Position numbers and translations under genes: made by a program | Assembly: GCA_051362555.1 (NCBI GenBank) | Contig: CM120644.1 | Location: forward strand, 10,624,567-10,688,566 | DNA: 64,000 nucleotides | Direction of reading: 5' to 3' | From: Lingula anatina | Taxonomy: Eukaryota > Animalia > Brachiopoda | Notes under the pieces: model-generated | The model's input: only the letters and a program-made list of their open reading frames with translations | The model's database searches: none | What the model was told of the DNA's origin: nothing | In this document: positions 57,193 to 64,000 of the stretch, piece after piece | Numbering within the stretch: the first letter of the stretch is position 1 | How the letters are laid out: every line of letters begins with the position of its first letter

Positions 57193-59202
57193 TGACATTG
57201 CAAAGTCACGCGATATCGGGCGATATTTTCTGGTGACCTACTTAAAACTGCGGGAAAAGCAGACAACAACAACACTATATAACAATAATATAAGATTCAT
57301 AAGATATATTTGTCTTATTGCTCAAAATGCATTTATATCTACAATGTGTTCAATTCAGGGCTTTTCTTTATCCGACGCACTGTACAAAAACTCTCAACTT
57401 ACGTCTGCGGTTTAGATCAACGCGTTTGGCGCCATATGTTATTTTGGTCTCGAATAAACGCGAGAGTCCGCGTGACGTCGTTGGCAACGGATGCCTTGAC
57501 CGTGAAGAAAGACAAGCACAGATTTTAGTTTTACTACATTAACAGCCGTTTAAGTGGTAAAATGCAATAGAATATATTTCCATGCGTTGTTTACAATGTA
57601 TTTCTTGCGGAATTTTGAATCTCAAAGGAAGAGTTATTATTGTTTTAAGTTATTTTCAGCATTTGGCATATGTTTTCTTGTTGTACGCCTTCACACTAAT
57701 AGGCATAGATTGAATGCAGGAATTCATAAACGAGAATTAACCAAGGTATATCATGCATTGCAAGAACGCCACGCTTCACATCTAAATCCTAATATTTCTA
57801 CATGTAGGTGCCTGTGGTCCAGACGGCGTTTACGCTGCATCATCTAACACCCTCGTCTTCTGCACCAACGGCCGCGCATTGACCCAGAAATGTGCTCCAG
57901 GATCGGCAATCAGCGGCTTGAAGAAGGGAAGCTTTTACAGCTGGAACGCCGTTTGCAATGTGAATCTTCTTGGTTAGATCCAGAAGCCTTCCGCGAAAGG
58001 TAAGTGCGCAAAACATTCAGGTAAAAAGTAAGATCCTCATAAAAGAGACATGTTCCCACAGTAGCATACTTAGTATACTTAGCACAGAACAGATACACGT
58101 ATTTTAAGGGTTATTCAAAGTACTTGTAGTAAATAAAGACATAAAATGCATAATATAGATCACTGAGCAAAACTATCAAAACCCGATGTATATTATGTAT
58201 ATAACACTTTATAGGCTACGGACAGTACGGACAGTAATCTGCAGCACATGATTAAACAACAAAATTCGCTTTGCATGATTTAATATATATTTAAAGCGAA
58301 AGTTGTATAACTGCTAATTCTGATTTTTTAAAATTATTGCGTTTAAAAGTATTGCGTTGGTCGCCTATGTATATGTGGTAAGTGTACAGTTAGTTATATG
58401 TCAATGACGGACTTAGGGTAAGTAGAAGAGGAGCTCAGTCCCTTTTGTTTCTTATTCTTCTCAGTCGCATTTTGTCTCACGATCTACACAACACATGTAT
58501 CAGGCTAATATATACCATTTCTTCTTTTTCAGAACAGACTTTCGCCTCCGAACTACAGGGTATATTGCAATTGATAGAATTGTCCGATTTCTATATCATG
58601 CTTTATTGGCAAATTCGGCATAGAAAGAATAAAGTGTTTGAAATTTTTGCTCATGCGTCTCTGTGCGTGATATTTTGTACTATCAGCGACGTTGAAATAT
58701 ATCTAGTTATGTGTAGTTGATCAATTATTAAATTTACTTTATCATGGGAGCTAACAAAAACCGCCCTTCTCCTTCATTCCTTTATGTTCCTCTCTTCTTC
58801 TCTTCTTGTCTTCTCCAGTAAATAGATAAAATCAATTCATAAAGATATTATATTATAAACTGTAACTATCTTTTTATATTGTGGAAATAAAAAAGCGTCC
58901 TTTTTCCATTAATATTGAGAAATGATGAAAAGGAAGGAAATAAGCTCGAAAATTATGCCGCTCGATTGAAAGAATTATTACGCTATAGAATCTTAGCCAA
59001 TACTGTTACTGCCGTTATGCCGAAACAATAAAAGCACAGTCTGGCATCAAAGTTTAACCTTTATTGTTTATGCACGCTATATTATAATAAGCTATGCTAT
59101 AGTACACAATTTTATAGTACGCTATGGTGAAACCTGAAAATAAAAAGAAACACTTATTTTGATAACATGTCGGACAGGATAAACAGGATTGTCTAAAATA
59201 TA

Positions 59203-61751
59203 CACTGTAAAAACAGTGTTTAGCTCCTACACACATTTCTAAGCGCCTGTTTTGTCTAATTTTTTCGACGTGTTTAGCTCCTAAGCACATTAAGCTCCTT
59301 AGCATGTTACACGCTTTGACGCGTTTGATGCCTAACAAATGTAGGGTGTATTCGTTAAACTTTTAGGCTCTAAGGGTTTGTACTATTTCAGTCGCGCGCG
59401 CGCGCAGACACACACATACACAAACACATATTTTTGGAATATTTTTATCATTGTTACTTTTGAGTGCTGATTAAGTTTTATTTGGCTTGATTCATCAAAA
59501 AAGTATGTCACTGAGTGATAAAAACATCCAGTCTTCTGTTGTGAGATATTTTGGTCGATGATATTAAATCTGACATAAGATGCCATTCAAAAGCAATGGA
59601 CACCCCCAGAAAACCATATCAACAGTTTGTTGTCAGTTTTAACTTTAAGCTAAGATATTAAATAAATTTATAGCCTCCGGACAGTGATATGTTACACAGT
59701 CAAAGAAACCACTACAGTAAATCATGAAAAGTCTGTAATTGCGGGTATGACCTCCAGCAGCCGCTTGCAGTGCCCTCATCCTACATGGCATACCCTGTGA
59801 CACGTTTTTTAGAGTTTGGATGGGGATATCATTCCACGCAGTGATATTTGCCTGTTGCAGTTCATCGCTATTTACTGACCGATGACCATAGCTATTAATT
59901 CTGTGAGTTACTTTTGCCCAAAGTGTTTTAATTGGGTTCATATCTGGCAAGTTTGCAGGCCAGGGCAGTTGGCGAACCCATTGGTTTTGAAGAAAAACAG
60001 TGATTCTGCGGGCTCGATGTGGGGTTGCGCAGTCGTCTTGGTACACAAATTTATTCCTGAAGATGACTCTTACCAATCGAAGCATTGTTAGCTGTAGAAT
60101 GTCTCTGTAGGAATCCTGGATGAGGTTGCCTCCTAGAAAAACCAACTGGTTCTGGGCACTGACATGAAATGCTCTCCAAACAGAGACGTTACCACCCCCT
60201 GCTTGCACCCTAGACAGTACACAATCATTGTGTTATGCCTCTCGTACACGTCGGTGGACACGGATACGACCAACAACCCTAAAAAATCCATTTCTAGCCT
60301 CATCACCGAAAACAACGTGATTCCAGTGGTTTGGCTGCAAACGCACGTGGTCCCCAGCCCATTGCAGACGTCGCTGTATATGAACTGCTGTTAACAGTGG
60401 TTTCAGTACTGGTGTTCGTGCAAAATAGCCGGCTTGCAGTAATCTCTTGTTCACGAGGGACCTTGAAACGAGCATTTGAATGACATTCTGCCACTCTTTT
60501 CTGAGGACACTGGTTGTCTTTGTACGACTAGCACGGCGCACTCTAAGGAGAAGGCGATCCTGTCTTCTTGATGTGATACGCAGACACCCTGGTCGAGGTA
60601 TTGGAGTAGGTGCCCCTGATGTAGCATTTCTTTGGAGGACTTTACTAACGGTTCCTGATAAATGTTGCATTGCCTGGCAATGGCTGTCCGTTTCTGGCCA
60701 TTTTCTCTGACAGCAAGAATCCCACAGCAGGCTGCGTTGCATAGCTGTCGAACCATATCTTTTCTAAGGTACCTGTCAAGTTTCAGAGCGATCCCTTTGT
60801 TGCTTTTCTAAATACACTCCAAAGATTGGCCAAACCCATGCGATTTTATACACGGGCAGAAATTGCTGAAAACACCACCCCTCACATTTCTGACCACAGA
60901 ACATGCAACTGCATGCATCAATTGTTTCGAGAGTTGTGTGGTAATTAGGTAACACACCTGGCTACACATGGAGTGACACCTCAGCTTTGAATTTAAAATA
61001 GTTAGATAGAAATTAAATATTTTGTAGAAAATTTACTCGCCAAAAAATAATATTCCATATTAAGTGGTAACCCTGTATAACGTTACTTTTCTTTTTGTTA
61101 GCTGGTGCATCATTTTGCATGGAGTTAAAAAACACCCATAACGTTACCATAATGTTATTCTATACCATCACCATCCTGTAACCAGCTGATAACGTCGTGA
61201 AAACGTTATTTGTTATTTGGATTATTACTTAATAGGACTATTTCAAATTGTCACATGAACGGAAGGACACAATGCGTTCGAGCAGGCTGCTCCACGCCTC
61301 CAACAGCTCCATACGGTTGCAGGGAAAAGTGTTAAGCCGAATTGTTGAGTCTTGTAATAATCTTGTTATGGAATCGTATACATGGGATCGTGAAGCATTT
61401 TTTTCTGTGCAAACAAGCTTGAAAAGCTAAACGTGTTGTTCAGCAGCTCCACGCGTTTAGAAGTTCCACACCTATAGCAGCTCCATATGTTTAGCAGCCT
61501 CACGCGCTTAGCAGGGGAAGTGCTTAGCCAATGTGCTTAGCTTGTGATAGACTTATTATAAAATTATATGCCGGTGAAGCTAAACACATAGCTAAACGTG
61601 TGGCACTGCCAACGTGTCTAGCATTTTCTTCTGTGAAACGCTTGAAAAGCTGCACGTGTTTAGCTTTTACACATATTTCTAAATGCGTATAAGTGCCTAT
61701 AACGTGTGTTATATGTATTTAAATGCTAAACACTGTTTTAACAGTGCAGTG
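59203..61751. mobile_element. CACTG-ended TIR element (CMC/EnSpm-like, non-autonomous) hosting a nested Tc1 copy
   Basis: TIRs CACTGTAAAAACAGTGTTTAGC / GCTAAACACTGTTTTAACAGTG (plus an extra CAGTG), flanked by TA, with TGTTTAGC/GCTAAAC subterminal repeats; empty site CTAAAATATAGCAAACTTTTAG at about 44525 in unit 1. Confidence 0.75.
59435..61075 (-). mobile_element. Tc1-family transposon with disrupted transposase (about 59740-60756)
   Basis: Minus-strand fragments with an HTH region, GRPR-like PRPGCLRITSRRQDR, KPLLT..H...RLQWA, VFGDE, GGGNVSVW, YQDDCATPH, WPANLPDMNPIK, GGHTR. One frameshift, a stop at 60233 and the catalytic E replaced by K (PIE to PIK). Right TIR AATATTCCATATTAAGTGGTAACCCTG|TA ends at 61075; the left TIR is only partly preserved, so the left boundary is approximate. 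Confidence 0.88.
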
Positions 61752-61764
61752 TAGCAAACTTTTA

Positions 61765-61997
61765 GGGACCTTTCACATGAAAAATCTGTTGGCGGTATCT
61801 TGTGATCACAGCCTGTGCCCTGAATACCCGCGGCGTAATAACTGGCAGCGCGAGAATTAACTACAGCTTTGGAAGTAACTCGCTCGCTCTGCTAGTTAAT
61901 TACGCAGCGGGGTATTCGGGACACAGACCGTGATCACTAGATACCGCCAATAGATTTTTAGATTTTTAGAAAATAGATTTTTAATGTGAACGGTCGC
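61765..61997. mobile_element. PIF/Harbinger-type fold-back MITE, specific to unit 2
   Basis: TTA|GGGACCTTTCACAT...ATGTGAACGGTCGC|TTA with long imperfect inverted arms; empty site CTTTTAGAATAATTT at about 44540 in unit 1. Confidence 0.8.
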
Positions 61998-62242
61998 TTA
62001 GAATAATTTTGCACATGTGCATATCGATCTAAAGGATGACGACTATATCAATACATGTATCACCTGTCTTACTCCAAACAACAAAAAGATGATGACAATT
62101 TTTTCATACTCTATTAATGTGGTCCATATTGATGCAGATCTGAACAAATAACGTGTAGTACCAATGAAATAAAGAAAAAATATTATCAAAATAGACTATA
62201 TTTTGTAAAATAGGCCCACAGAAAATCGTGCTGACCGACCTG

Positions 62243-62318
<76 letters not shown>

Positions 62319-62598
62319 TGAATTTGCAGAAGAGCCATTTTAAATTACTGAAGAAGGACCGTCTGTGACTCGCGTAAACGATTTTGCAATTCATAATTAA
62401 TTTACTACGCTACGTTAAATGCTACGCTAAATGCTACGTTTTCAATAATGTTTTAGATCAATATGTTTCCAGCATATTTTTTACAACTTGACATGAATGA
62501 AACATCTCCGTGTGTATACGTATGATAACATTTTAATAAAACTGCCATGACGTGAGTCAAGAACTTAAATCCAATATGTGACATACGGTATGTCGAAT

Positions 62599-62627
62599 CA
62601 GGGAATTATATCGGATATAATTCCCTG
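62599..62627. mobile_element. 29-bp perfect hairpin, probable minimal TIR-only transposon remnant
   Basis: CAGGGAATTATATC-G-GATATAATTCCCTG flanked by GTCGAAT / GTCAAAT; absent in unit 1 (about 36218); only the left arm is present in unit 2 (46836-46848). Confidence 0.6.
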
Positions 62628-64000
62628 GTCAAATGATCATAGATGTACGATTTGTTTTACTATATGCTAAGCCGCCCTCCCCCCAACCCGAAATAATCCT
62701 TCATTGTTCTTTGGCACGCAATGGATGTTTTCACTGTTATACAAGAAATGTTCAAACTGAACAATTTCCCACATATTTTATCAACGATAATCTAGTATCT
62801 AACCATCTTTATGGCCAAGTCAATGATGGCATGATTTGAGAGAATTTCTATTACTTTTGAATTATAGTTTAATAACGAGATGCCCATCTGATGATATGTC
62901 AGGTATATTTTTCCAGTTGTTTACATCATGACGATGGCCATTATACCGTGTTGTCCTTGATCTGTTCGGAGATAATGGGGTCACTTAATTTTATGCCCAA
63001 CGTTATCAACTTACACACACGCTCTTTTGCCTATCGTTAGATTTTACGAACGATGACATGTCAATGTTCTCATAACCGACCCTAATTTGCATATCTATTC
63101 TGATTCGAATAGAAACACAACTGTTTAAAATAAAAGAAGCATTGTCTGGGTGTCCAATTACCAATTGACGTCGTAGTATCTAGCTTAGTCTCTTTTCTTT
63201 AAAAATATCATTGTTTATATCTTTATTTATAATCTTACTTAAATTACTCCTGCATGCTAACCAGCCATTACACTTTAAAACTGTGATTCTAATACAAAAG
63301 ACGAGATTGGTGTGCATGTGCCTGCACTCTAGCTGTCTATGGAGCGCCAGACTTTATTTTATTAGTGATATTCCAGCATTTGACATCTCACAGCAGATTA
63401 TATACTTAATTTTGAATCACTGTTGACAGTTCATAATTGTTTGTGAAAATAGCGAGTAAAGAGTCCCAAATTATAACAAGAAAACATTCGGTCAAGAAAT
63501 TCTCCAATTTGGTAAATTTTAGTTCCTTAAAAGATTATTTCTGTCATTTTACCAAATAAGTTTCAAAATCAACAAGATTTCAACTTGATACATTGTTATA
63601 GAGATACACAAGTACACTGTAGTAGTGGGGCAAGTTTATTAACCTATATAGCAAAGGGTTACCTATCGATACACAAAAGGGTGTGAAATATCTCTATCAC
63701 AGTAATTTGTTGTTCTTCAGTTGTGACTTAGAAAGGATTAACAGTTATGTTTCATGTTTCAAGTGGTATTTGGGGAAGTTAGGATTTTAAACGATGTTTG
63801 CTGAAAATCATGCTGAGACAATTTTAAACCTTTCACTTCCTGGCATCAGTCACACTGTTAAAACCTTTAAGTGTCATGGTGAAAGCCTTCACAGGTACTC
63901 TTTCCAAAATTTAGTGAAGGAAGTGAAAAGTTTAAAATTGTATCAACATGATCGACAATACTACGCAGATTTACTCCCATCATAATCTCTGGAAAAAATC

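Larger units (their letters stand above)
54543..57977 (+). pseudogene. Type II GYR gene of unit 2 (GYR gene 4), frameshifted
   Basis: Exons 54543-54628, 56298-56439, 57808-57977, nearly identical to gene 2 but lacking one 27-nt RKGYYPGYY repeat and carrying a 2-nt CC insertion at 56393-56394 (CCATACTccATGGTCGT). The shifted frame stops at TGA 57880-57882 and loses the Cys domain. An assembly error cannot be excluded. Confidence 0.75.

Noticed and set aside
59645-60756. Active or domesticated transposase
   Set aside because: It has a frameshift, an internal stop and loss of the catalytic Glu, so it is a decayed copy.

Overview
Intron-rich, AT-rich animal genomic DNA, most consistent with a lophotrochozoan invertebrate such as a mollusc or annelid (inferred from gene families only). 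The ORF track captures only fragments, so I rebuilt gene models by hand from GT-AG sites and phase continuity. The window holds: (1) three tandem minus-strand paralogues encoding secreted chitin-binding (CBM14-like) + Pro/Thr linker + small Cys module + LamG/ConA-like proteins, a VWA-less Pif/LamG3-type architecture (0.5-22.7 kb); (2) a complete 7-exon FMN-dependent alpha-hydroxy-acid oxidase (HAO/glycolate oxidase family) with an N-terminal signal-peptide exon, no peroxisomal PTS1 and an altered substrate pocket (25.8-29.2 kb); (3) a repeat-rich spacer; (4) a tandem segmental array (about 2.1 units visible), each complete unit carrying two small secreted Gly/Tyr/Arg-rich genes that end in a 4-Cys domain and a C-terminal Gly, with one copy frameshifted (38-58 kb). 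Many DNA transposons and MITEs are present, several confirmed by empty sites in sister units. The main candidate novel system is an all-secretory cluster of chitin binders, an apparently secreted H2O2-generating oxidase and Tyr-rich cross-linkable proteins, possibly a sclerotisation or biomaterial locus. That functional link is inference.
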